A stretch of DNA of 64,000 nucleotides from Bryobacterales bacterium (GTDB taxonomy: Bacteria > Acidobacteriota > Terriglobia > Bryobacterales > UBA6623), in contig CBDDCH010000002.1 in the NCBI GenBank assembly GCA_965226215.1, forward strand, positions 1,495,180 to 1,559,179. Reading direction: 5' to 3'. The notes under the pieces are model-generated. The model saw only the letters and a list, made by a program, of their open reading frames with translations. It had not been told where the DNA came from and did no database searches. Below are positions 1-8,184 of this stretch, one piece after another (position 1 is the stretch's first letter; every line of letters begins with the position of its first letter). The position numbers were made by a program, and so were the translations under genes.

Positions 1-60
1 CGCCGCTTTTTGGCCGGCCGGCCCACTTCCAATCACTACTAGGTCGTAGTTCTGGCTCAC
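1..60 (-). CDS. sthA: 5' end (partial) of an FAD-dependent pyridine nucleotide-disulfide oxidoreductase, probably soluble NAD(P) transhydrogenase
   Basis: The reverse strand from GTG at 60 reads MSQNYDLVVIGSGPAGQKAA, a GxGxxG dinucleotide-binding motif, with a GGGAGG RBS just upstream. The ORF runs off the window edge and is not in the ORF track. Confidence 0.6.
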   Translation of the reverse strand, partial: MSQNYDLVVIGSGPAGQKAA

Positions 61-290
61 CACTTCGCCTCCCGAGTCTTGGTACCAGGGCGCAATTACA
101 CTCCGAGGCGCCAAGGGACCTACCTAATCATATATCGGCTGGCGAACGGCGAAGCTGGCCGCCAGCTACCGGCATCCCGTCTGCTGCGGCCCACACGGAC
201 GCGAGATCGGCTGTGCAACTCCCGAGACGCGCTGTCCGTTTTTCTCCAGATCTATCGGAACTAGTGCTACGCTCTGAATCTGCGCCAACT

Positions 291-1193
291 ATGAGTGAAG
301 ACCGGGAGATGTCTGTCGTGGTACCCGTGCGCTTGGCTCCGGAAACGGTTGCCTCGACGCTCAGCTAACTGCTAGATCGGGAGGGTCTCGAGGTAATCGC
401 TGTCGTTTCCTCTGGCGACCCGAGCGCCCTATTGCTGCACCAGCTGAAGGCGCAACGTCCAGCGCTTGAGGTTATCGAGGTGCCGGGAGCTTGCTCGGTC
501 CCACAGCTCAGAGCTCATGGCATTCGTCGCGCCCGCGGGCGGCTGGTTGCAATCACTGAGGACCATTGTTCTTTTAGCGAATCCTGGCCCGCGGCGCTCG
601 CCCCGTCACTCGACAATCCGAAGATTGGCGCGGCTGGTGGCCCGGTCATCAACGGGTGCAGGGGCGGTATCGTCGAGTGGGCGATATATTTCTCCCGCTA
701 CGCCACGGCTATGCCACCCGCCTCGCGCGGTGCGGTGAACTCCCTCACAGGATGCAACGCCTGCTATCGCCGCGAGCTGCTGGAGTCGCTCCAGGACATT
801 TACAGAGATGGGTTTTGGGAACATGAGGTACACCAGGAGCTACTCGCCAGAGGAATGCGGCTTTGGCTCGAACCCGATGCGTCGGTAGCCCACGGGAAGC
901 GCTATGGGCTAATCAGATATTGCACGCTAAGGTTCCGGCACGGACGCTGCTTTGCGGCTAGGCGCTTTCCGACACCGGCGTTTTGGGCTTTGCAAGCGCG
1001 AATCTTGCTGTCTCCGCTGACACCACTGTTGCTGCTTTCCCGCGCCGGCCGGGCCGTTTTCGCCAAGCGAAAGCGCCGCCGGGAGTTTCTCGTCTCTTCC
1101 CCACTGCTTGTGCTGCTCTACGGCGTCTGGGTGCTCGGCGAGTTGAGCGGCTACCTCTTCGGGCCCGCTGGAAGCTGTTCTCAGACCGACTAA
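291..1193 (+). pseudogene. Glycosyltransferase family 2 gene interrupted by an in-frame TAA at 366-368
   Basis: ATG at 291 gives MSEDREMSVVVPVRLAPETV (GT2-type start) in the same frame as ORF 432-1193. That ORF has VAITEDH (DxD-like), GPV, LTGCNACYRR and C-terminal TM segments. One TAA interrupts the frame. Confidence 0.7.
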
Positions 1194-1948
1194 TGCCACC
1201 AACCCGCGCCATTCTGACCTACCATTCGCTCGATGCCTCCGGTTCGGTCATTTCCCTGCGCCCCGAGATCTTCCGCCAACACATACGCAGCCTTGTCGAG
1301 CAGAAGATCGCTGTTGTCTCGCTCGAAGACATACTTGGCCCTCGCCAGGGCGAGGAAACTCAACCCGCCGTCGCACTCACGTTTGACGACGGTTTTGCCA
1401 ACTTCTTTCACGAAGCTTGCCCCCTTCTTCACGAGAATCATCTTCCCGTGACGGTTTTCTTGATCTCGGGTTATTGCGGCAAAACGAATGACTGGTCCTC
1501 GCAGCCTCCGGGCCTCGGCGGACGAGCTTTGCTCGGCTGGTCGGAGATTGAAGAGCTGAGCCGGCACGGGATCGAATTCGGCGCACATTCGGTCAGCCAT
1601 CCCGACTTGACAAAGTTGGCCCTGGCGGCGGCTACGGAAGAGGTTCTTCGCTCCAAAAAACAAATCGAAGACCACGTGGGCAGGCCGGTTAAGGACTTCG
1701 CCTATCCCTATGGCACCGAGTCTAAGCTGCTTCGTGAATTGGTGGCTGAGTACTTCGCCCGGGGCTGCTCGACTCGGCTCGGATATCTCCGCCCCGACTC
1801 GCCGCGAGAAAGCTTAGAGCGAATCGACGTCTACTATCTGCGGAACCGCTTTTGGTTCCGGCGTCTTTTCGGCGCGCCCACGATCCAGTACTTGGGCCTT
1901 CGAGCCACCTTGCGTCATTGGAGAAGCCAGGCTCCAGCTCACCGCTAG
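1193..1948 (+). CDS. Polysaccharide deacetylase (NodB/CE4 family)
   Basis: Motifs ILTYH, LTFDDG, HSVSHPDL and FAYPYG. The ATG at 1193 overlaps the upstream TAA (TAATG); the track's start at 983 is probably too long. Confidence 0.85.
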   Translation: MPPTRAILTYHSLDASGSVISLRPEIFRQHIRSLVEQKIAVVSLEDILGPRQGEETQPAVALTFDDGFANFFHEACPLLHENHLPVTVFLISGYCGKTNDWSSQPPGLGGRALLGWSEIEELSRHGIEFGAHSVSHPDLTKLALAAATEEVLRSKKQIEDHVGRPVKDFAYPYGTESKLLRELVAEYFARGCSTRLGYLRPDSPRESLERIDVYYLRNRFWFRRLFGAPTIQYLGLRATLRHWRSQAPAHR

Positions 1949-2326
1949 CCCGGTGTTCTAATACTCCCCGACGCAGGCTTCCTACAACGGTACGCTCATG
2001 CCGGGGATGCCACTGTAGACCTCGAAAGCGGCATGCCCGTGAAGCTCACAACGGTGGACAAGATCGTCTCAGAGTTAGACCTGCAGCGTGTCGATTTCAT
2101 CAAGATGGATATCGAAGGCTCTGAGCAGCGCGCGCTGAAGGGTGCCCAGGAAACGATCCGGCGCTTCAAACCGAGAATGGCAATCGCGTCTTACCATTTG
2201 GCCGACGACAACGACAAGATCCCGGAAATCGTCCGCCGGGCCCGAACTGACTATCAAGTCGAATACACCCGCTGTCTTCTGCTGACTCACGGGACCATCG
2301 AGCCACACCTGCTCTACTTTCACTGA
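1949..2326 (+). pseudogene. C-terminal fragment of a FkbM-family methyltransferase
   Basis: VKLTTVDKIV..RVDFIKMDIEGSEQRALKGAQETIRRFKP matches the FkbM C-terminal half. The N-terminal SAM-binding motif is absent. ATG at 2033; the frame is open back to 1949. Confidence 0.65.
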
Positions 2327-2496
2327 GGATTTGGCGGGGAGCACCCCTGTGGCGGCACTAAAAGTGGCGGCCGCTACCCGTGACGGCAAACCCTCATGCT
2401 TCTCCTGGGTAGGGGTTGCGGCGAACTGCATCCGCGTGCCGGCCACACTCCTGGCAGCTGCCCCTAGGTCACCGACTGAGCTATGGTGAGGTCATT

Positions 2497-3882
2497 GTGA
2501 TCACTGAGACAAAGGTTTCAAAAATACATCGAAGCTACCTGGACAAGACACCGACCTCGGCCGAGCGCTATCAAAAAGCTCTGGAGCTGTTTCCGAGTGG
2601 TGTCACGCACCACGCCCGGTACCTAAGACCGCACCCGGTCTATGTTTCACTCGCCAAGGGTTCGAGGAAATGGGACATCGATGGAAACGAATACGTCGAC
2701 TACTTTGGCGGGCACGGAGCACTGATCTTGGGGCATTGCCATCCCGCGGTCGTCCAGGCTGTGGAGCAACAGATCGCACGCGGTACCCATTTCGGGGCTT
2801 GCCATGAGTTGGAGATCGAATGGGCGAGCCTTATTCGTGACATGGTGCCTTGTGCGGAGACGATTCGGTTTACCTCCTCCGGCACAGAGGCCACCCACTT
2901 GGCGTTGCGCGTCGCCAGAGCGTACACAGGCAGATCCAAAGTAGTGAAGTTCGGCGGGCATTTTCACGGCTGGCATGATTATGTCGCCGCGGGGACAGTA
3001 CCTTCGGGTGCAGGCGGACCGTCAGGCATTCCCCGCGAAGTTCTCGATCAGGTTATCGTCGTTCCGCCAAACGACATGGAGGCGTTGGACTCGGTTTTTA
3101 ACGACCGAGACGACGTTGCCGCGGTGATACTTGAGCCCACGGGCGCGACGTTCGGCGCGGTTCCGACCGGCGTCGATACCCTGCGAGCCCTCCGCGATCT
3201 AACCCGCCGACATGGGGTCGTTCTGATCTTCGACGAAGTTGTCACGGGTTTCCGCTGTTCACCGGGGGGCGCGCAGGCCTATTACGGAGTCACGCCCGAT
3301 CTGGCGACGTTTGCCAAGATTGTTGCCGGCGGGTATCCGGGAGCGGCGCTCGTCGGGCGGGCCGATATCCTCCGTGTCATGGAATTCGGCGAGAGCGAGC
3401 AGGGCATTGTCGATCCGGCCATTGTTCATCAGGGCACCTTTAACGCCTCACCGGTCTCCGCCGTCGCCGGCATTACAACGCTAAGGCTGCTGCAAACGAC
3501 GGACGTCATCTCTCGGGCCAACGAGACGGCAGCGACGATTCGTGAGGAAATGAACTCGGTCTTGCGCAGACTCGGGGCGAGTTGGTGCGCCTACGGAGAG
3601 TTTTCCGGGGTCCACATTTTTACGAACCCCGATAGCCGGCCCGTCAGTCCGGAAGAGATCTACGCGGGTAAAGTTCGGTGGGAGAGTCTGAAGAAAAGTG
3701 CCCCGGCAGAACTCGCTCACAAGATCAGACTGGGGTTTCTCTGCGAGGGCGTCGACGTCATGCCCTGGCCGGGAGGTTTAGTCTCAGGGGTACACAGTCT
3801 GAGCGACGTCGATCGGACGGTAACTGCCTTTGAGAACGTCCTCAAGCTGTTGGCGGAAGACGGGGATTTGGCGGGGGGTTGA
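2497..3882 (+). CDS. Class III PLP-dependent aminotransferase (glutamate-1-semialdehyde aminomutase-like)
   Basis: Motifs WDIDGNEYVD, SSGTEAT, GHFHGWHD, LIFDEVVTGFR and TFAKIVAGG (PLP lysine). GTG at 2497 follows a GGTGAGG RBS. Confidence 0.9.
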   Translation: MITETKVSKIHRSYLDKTPTSAERYQKALELFPSGVTHHARYLRPHPVYVSLAKGSRKWDIDGNEYVDYFGGHGALILGHCHPAVVQAVEQQIARGTHFGACHELEIEWASLIRDMVPCAETIRFTSSGTEATHLALRVARAYTGRSKVVKFGGHFHGWHDYVAAGTVPSGAGGPSGIPREVLDQVIVVPPNDMEALDSVFNDRDDVAAVILEPTGATFGAVPTGVDTLRALRDLTRRHGVVLIFDEVVTGFRCSPGGAQAYYGVTPDLATFAKIVAGGYPGAALVGRADILRVMEFGESEQGIVDPAIVHQGTFNASPVSAVAGITTLRLLQTTDVISRANETAATIREEMNSVLRRLGASWCAYGEFSGVHIFTNPDSRPVSPEEIYAGKVRWESLKKSAPAELAHKIRLGFLCEGVDVMPWPGGLVSGVHSLSDVDRTVTAFENVLKLLAEDGDLAGG

Positions 3883-3945
3883 GGAAAGACGACCGCCCCG
3901 GTGAGAGGGTTACCCTGATGATTCTGCCTGGGTACTGAACGAATA

Positions 3946-4050
3946 GTGCCTAAGACGAAAGATGCCATAGAGATCCTTGATCGCCTTACAGTCAGCGACG
4001 AGGAGTTGCGTGACCTCATCGAGAAGGAGACGATCAACGTCAAAGTTGCT
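3946..4050 (+). pseudogene. 5' fragment of an XRE/HTH antitoxin-like regulator
   Basis: MPKTKDAIEILDRLTVSDEELRDLIEKETINVKVA resembles the N-terminal leader of a group of XRE-HTH proteins as I recall it. The sequence then switches to the antisense of the TPR gene, so the HTH itself is missing. Confidence 0.4.
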
Positions 4051-4534
4051 GCTGGGTTCGACCCGCACGGCATCGCGCAGGGTTCGCTCAGCTTCTTGGT
4101 AACGCTCGAGCTCGATGAGCGTCTCGCCGAGGCCCTGACGAAGAGCCGCAGCTTGGGGGAATCGACCAATCGCCCGGCGGAATGCTCGTTCCGCTTGTGG
4201 AAAGTCCTTCTTGTTGAAAAGAATCAGCGTAGTGGGCGTTGCCGGGATCAAGCTGCTGTGCCAGCCGGTTAGCGGCCATTGCCTCCTCGTAACGGCCCAA
4301 TTGCACCAACGCGACGGCCTTTAGATTGTGTGGTGGTGGTCGATTCGCTTCATCCGCCGGCAGCTTCTCCACCAAAACAATTGCCTCTTCAACGCGCGCT
4401 TCCCGGAAAGCCGCGACGGCCTGCTGATAGGAATCCTGGGCCGGTAACAGGGGAGCGAGAAGTAGCCATGCCGCAAACTGAAACTTCAGTTGCAAGACGC
4501 TCGATACTTTGTGCCGAGGCGATCTCATGGGCAA
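4048..4534 (-). pseudogene. Secreted TPR protein, frameshifted near 4228 and 3'-truncated
   Basis: Signal peptide plus TPR (HNLKAVALVQLGRYEEA..LDPGNAHYA) in one frame. The TPR continues in another frame (LILFNKKDFPQAERAFRRAI..LGETLIELERYQEAE). Confidence 0.7.
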
Positions 4535-4928
4535 CCTGACTCGTATTGTAGGGAAACCCTACGGAAGATCTCGTGCCGTCCTGACGAACTGCTCCCTCCC
4601 GGACAAGCGGGTGACGGGTCTGCCCGTTGTGGCAAGCACTTGAATCGGTAGGTACTTAAGCCCCCCTTTGCGTTCCCGCCATCGTGGGAGCTGCTTACTG
4701 TCGGGGTGCCAAGCGCGACCTGCTCAGGATACCGGTTCCCGCCTGCCTTACGAAAAGCTCGCAGCGGTCGATACTACTTATTGAGAACCGTCGTTCAGGG
4801 AACCCGCCCTCGGAGCAACTCGTGCTCGGCGCTATTAGAGAGATCGTAGGGATACATGCGGTCGTGAGACAGCGAGAACCAGACTCCGAGGATGCGCCGT
4901 TCGCCCTTCCCCCACCAGAAAACCAGCG

Positions 4929-6995
4929 ATGAGCGACCAACCTGTTCGCGTCCTTCTGATCGAGGATAGCTCTACGTTCCGGGCAGCCATCCGAGGATTC
5001 CTAGCCGGCACCTTCCTGGGTGCGGTCGAGACGACCTCCGCCGACTGCCTGGCCAAAGGGATCGAGCTTCTGCGCGAACCGCAACTCGTCGATGTGATTC
5101 TGCTCGATCTGATGCTGCCGGACTCCGAGGGACTTGAGACCTTCCACAGTGTGCACACCGCTGCCGGGGACTTGCCCATCGTGCTGTTAACCGGGGTCGA
5201 CGACGACGAGATGGGCTTTAGGCTGGTTCAAGAGGGCGCGCAGGACTACCTGGTCAAAAAGCAGGTGAACAGGGATTCGCTCGCCCGCTCCTTGCGCTAC
5301 GCGATCGAGCGGGCCAAAACCGAGCGCGAGTTGGCGAAAGCGCGGGACGCCGGGCTAGAGTCGGCCCGTCTCAAGAGCCAATTCTTGGCGACCATGAGTC
5401 ACGAAATCCGAACGCCGATGAACGGCCTCATCGGCATGTCGAACCTCTTGCTGGAGACTGATCTCGACGCGGAGCAGCAGGAGTACGCCCGCACCGTGAG
5501 CCTCTGCGCTGAATCCCTGCTGGCTTTACTCAACGACATCCTCGACTTCTCCAAGATTGAAGCAGGCAAGTTGACATTCGAGTCGGTGGAATATGAGCTC
5601 CACCAAGTGGCTGGGCAAGCCGTCGAGCTCCTTGCCTGGCGAGCCCAAGCAAAGGGCGTCGAGATCGTCATCCTGATTGAAGAAAGCGTGCCCCGCTGGG
5701 CCCAGGGAGACCCCGGCCGGCTGCGGCAAGTGCTGGTCAATCTGATCGGAAACGCGGTCAAGTTCACCGACAATGGCTCGGTTGTCGTGCGGGTCGAGTG
5801 CAAAACCCAACCTGGCGAGGATGCCGTGGTGAAGTTCAGTGTTCGAGACACTGGCGTCGGCATCGCTCCCGAGGCCCAAAAAGTTCTTTTCCGACCGTTC
5901 ATCCAGGCCGATAGCACCACCACTCGCCAGTACGGCGGAACGGGTCTGGGTCTGGCCATTTCGAAGCAACTTGTCGAAGAAATGGGAGGGCAGATCGGCG
6001 TCGAGAGTTCGCTGGGAAGCGGCTCCACTTTTTGGTTCACGATCGAGCTTGGAGAAGCCCAAGACTCAGCGCAGGTCCGCCAACCGCCGCCGGAACTCGC
6101 CGACCGGCGGGTGCTCGTTGTCGATCGTCACCCGGCCAACTCCGAAGTCATGCAGTACTACCTGAAAAGCTGGAAATTACGGCCCACGCTGGCGACGAGC
6201 GGAAACAGCGGGCTCGCTCTGCTTTATAAGAAGGCGGAAAACGGTGTCCCTTATGACTTGGCCATCATTGATGATGAGCTGCCGGATGTCAAAGGCCTCG
6301 AACTGGCTCGAACGATGCACGCCGACCAAACCCTGGGCCGTACGCCTGTGGTATTGCTATGCCCTTTCAGCAACCGGCTGGATCCGTCGGTGGCCCGCCT
6401 GGCCGGGATCACCTCGGTGCTGTCGAAACCTTTCCTTCGCAACCGTCTTTTGGGGATGCTAACCAGCCTCTTCGCTCCCGCCGGCGCAGCCGAGGGATCC
6501 GACCCGCAACAAGCGATGAAAAGGGTCTCCCCCGCCGACTCTTCGGCCGACGAGATGAATATTCTCCTGGCCGAGGATAACGCCGTCAACCAGATGCTCG
6601 CCGTACGTCTGCTCGAAAAGATCGGCTACCGGGTCGATGTGGTCGAAAATGGACTGGATGCGGTCGACAGGGTCCGAAGAGGGCGATACGATCTTGTCCT
6701 GATGGATTGTCAGATGCCCGAAATGGATGGCTATCAGGCGACGGCGGAAATCCGGCGCCTGGAAGCCGGCCAGCGTCACACGAACATTGTCGCCGTGACC
6801 GCCAACGCCATGCTGGGCGACCGCGAGAAATGCCTCAAGGCGGGCATGGACGACTACCTATCAAAGCCCATTCAACTGGCGCAGCTCAAGAATGTTTTGG
6901 AGCGTTGGTCGCAAGTAGCTTCCGGGAAACAAGATGAGTTATTCCCCGCTTCGACCGCCCGACCGGGCGACGGCGGGGGTCGCCAAAAGCCTTAA
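4929..6995 (+). CDS. Cytoplasmic hybrid histidine kinase (REC-HisKA-HATPase-REC-REC)
   Basis: H-box [16 protein letters not shown]-box [16 protein letters not shown] and [10 protein letters not shown]. Three receiver domains ([13 protein letters not shown]; IIDDELPD; [17 protein letters not shown]). Confidence 0.95.
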   Translation: MSDQPVRVLLIEDSSTFRAAIRGFLAGTFLGAVETTSADCLAKGIELLREPQLVDVILLDLMLPDSEGLETFHSVHTAAGDLPIVLLTGVDDDEMGFRLVQEGAQDYLVKKQVNRDSLARSLRYAIERAKTERELAKARDAGLESARLKSQFLATMSHEIRTPMNGLIGMSNLLLETDLDAEQQEYARTVSLCAESLLALLNDILDFSKIEAGKLTFESVEYELHQVAGQAVELLAWRAQAKGVEIVILIEESVPRWAQGDPGRLRQVLVNLIGNAVKFTDNGSVVVRVECKTQPGEDAVVKFSVRDTGVGIAPEAQKVLFRPFIQADSTTTRQYGGTGLGLAISKQLVEEMGGQIGVESSLGSGSTFWFTIELGEAQDSAQVRQPPPELADRRVLVVDRHPANSEVMQYYLKSWKLRPTLATSGNSGLALLYKKAENGVPYDLAIIDDELPDVKGLELARTMHADQTLGRTPVVLLCPFSNRLDPSVARLAGITSVLSKPFLRNRLLGMLTSLFAPAGAAEGSDPQQAMKRVSPADSSADEMNILLAEDNAVNQMLAVRLLEKIGYRVDVVENGLDAVDRVRRGRYDLVLMDCQMPEMDGYQATAEIRRLEAGQRHTNIVAVTANAMLGDREKCLKAGMDDYLSKPIQLAQLKNVLERWSQVASGKQDELFPASTARPGDGGGRQKP

Positions 6996-6996
6996 C

Positions 6997-7137
6997 GCAT
7001 CATTTCGTAAATACGGTTACGAAAGGTGGCCGGGCGCAATGAATTGCGCCCGGAGGCGCGACAAATCGCTGCCCTACGGATGGGCTTGAGCATCTCGCGT
7101 TTAAGCGTAGGGGCACAATTCATTGCGTCCGAGCTGA
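6997..7137 (+). repeat. Repeat family B (MITE-like), left part; contains palindrome GGGCGCAATGAATTGCGCCC and a GTAGGGGC REP
   Basis: GCATCATTTCGTAAATACGGTTACGAAAGGTGGCCG is nearly identical to the start of the element at 38622, and the internal blocks also align. Confidence 0.8.
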
Positions 7138-7143
7138 ACAAAT

Positions 7144-7390
7144 GGGGACTGTCAACGATTTTCGCTTCCGCCAGCGCCTTGTTTCCAGTATGAGCTAGCT
7201 ACTTTCCGGCGCAAAATACGAGTACCGCTCGGGGCGGGGACTGTCACCAATTTCGCGCCTTCAAAGAATCAACAACTTGCGGGCGCATCCGGACGCGAAA
7301 TTGGCTGACTGTACCCAGCCGCCACGCAGTTTCTCCTTTTTGCGCCGAAAAGTAGCTAGATGACGAAAATCGGTGACTGTACCCATTTGT
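7144..7390. repeat. Nested imperfect palindrome, family E (REPIN/BIME-like)
   Basis: GGGGACTGTCA(A/C)C..TTTCGC at 7144 and 7236 faces (G)CGAAA..GG.TGACTGTACCC at 7295 and 7364. CTAGCTACTTTCCGGCGCAAAA pairs with TTTTGCGCCGAAAAGTAGCTAG. Confidence 0.75.
7267..7279 (+). promoter_or_regulatory. IHF consensus site
   Basis: AATCAACAACTTG matches WATCAANNNNTTR and lies in the centre of the palindromic element. Confidence 0.5.
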
Positions 7391-7469
7391 CGCCCTGCGG
7401 ATCCTATCCTTGTGAGTGGATTCGGACGAATCCTGCCTCCAAACAGCACTTAATTTCCGGAAAAACCGT

Positions 7470-7488
7470 GGTCCGTTTCCGAGCGTTT
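7470..7488 (+). promoter_or_regulatory. Partial copy of the putative ECF promoter motif upstream of the ECF sigma gene
   Basis: GGTCCGTTTCCGAGCGTTT matches the 12282/13382 motif at 16 of 19 positions; the -10 part has diverged. Confidence 0.4.
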
Positions 7489-7510
7489 CTTGATATGGTA
7501 GAGGCGCACG

Positions 7511-8074
7511 ATGACGGGTGAAATGACGGACCGGCTCCTGCCGGAGCGGTATCGCAGTTTTCTGATCATGTTGGCTCGGGTAAGCCTTCGAGATTTGGGG
7601 CCGATGGCGCGCAAAGTCGATGCCTCGGACGTCGTGCAAGAGGCCTTGTTGCAGGCGCACGTGGCGCTGCCCAAGTTTCGTGGGACCACCAGCGTCGAGT
7701 TAAGAGCATGGTTGCGGACGATTCTGGCGAATAAACTTACCGACGCTGTTCGTTATTGGCTTCGCGGCAAGCGCGATGTCGGGTTGGAGCAGACGATCCG
7801 CGAGTCGCTGAGCAAATCTGATGGCAGGGTCGCGGTACTCATTCACAAGACCGACCCGGGCCAACGCATTTTGATAGACGAAAAGCTGATCCGTCTGGCC
7901 GAGACGTTGGAAACTCTTCCTGAAGACCAATGCGCGGCCGTCGAACTGCGTCACTTGTACGGTTATTCCGTATCCGAAATCGCCTCACAAATGCGCCGCA
8001 CCAAACCAAGCGTGGCCGGTCTGCTGCGGCGTGGGCTCAGCGGGCTGCGCGAACAGCTGGAAGACTTGGCGTGA
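7511..8074 (+). CDS. ECF sigma-70 factor, Planctomycete-type (STK-associated) subfamily
   Basis: Region 2 DASDVVQEALL..FRGTTSVELRAWLRTILANKLTD..KRD and region 4 LPEDQCAAVELRHLYGYSVSEIA..VAGLLRRGL. Confidence 0.9.
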   Translation: MTGEMTDRLLPERYRSFLIMLARVSLRDLGPMARKVDASDVVQEALLQAHVALPKFRGTTSVELRAWLRTILANKLTDAVRYWLRGKRDVGLEQTIRESLSKSDGRVAVLIHKTDPGQRILIDEKLIRLAETLETLPEDQCAAVELRHLYGYSVSEIASQMRRTKPSVAGLLRRGLSGLREQLEDLA

Positions 8075-8121
8075 GTCCGGCATTGTCAGCGTAGACTCCT
8101 GCATGTCGTCAGGCGCTGACT

Positions 8122-8150
8122 CGCATTTTTCACGAGCTGACGGTCGAAGC
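8122..8150 (+). mobile_element. Left-end fragment of MITE family C
   Basis: CGCATTTTTCACGAGCTGACGGTCGAAGC matches the left ends at 52755 and 59726. Confidence 0.6.
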
Positions 8151-8184
8151 GCGCGCGAGGCCTGCCCCGGCTCTCCCAGCAGCT

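Noticed and set aside
366-368. Stop-codon recoding (Sec/Pyl or alternative genetic code) to explain the internal stop
   Set aside because: The codon is TAA, which is not a Sec/Pyl codon, and TAA, TAG and TGA all terminate clear core genes elsewhere in the window.
4540-4700. c-di-GMP riboswitch upstream of the hybrid kinase (GGGAAACC)
   Set aside because: It is a simple GTAGGG-AAA-CCCTAC hairpin; the GCAAAG-type P2 element and tetraloop receptor are absent.
4684-4932. 82-aa ORF containing SILLIEN, resembling a receiver-domain start
   Set aside because: No phospho-acceptor Asp, Thr/Ser or Lys-Pro pattern follows; coding status is unsupported.
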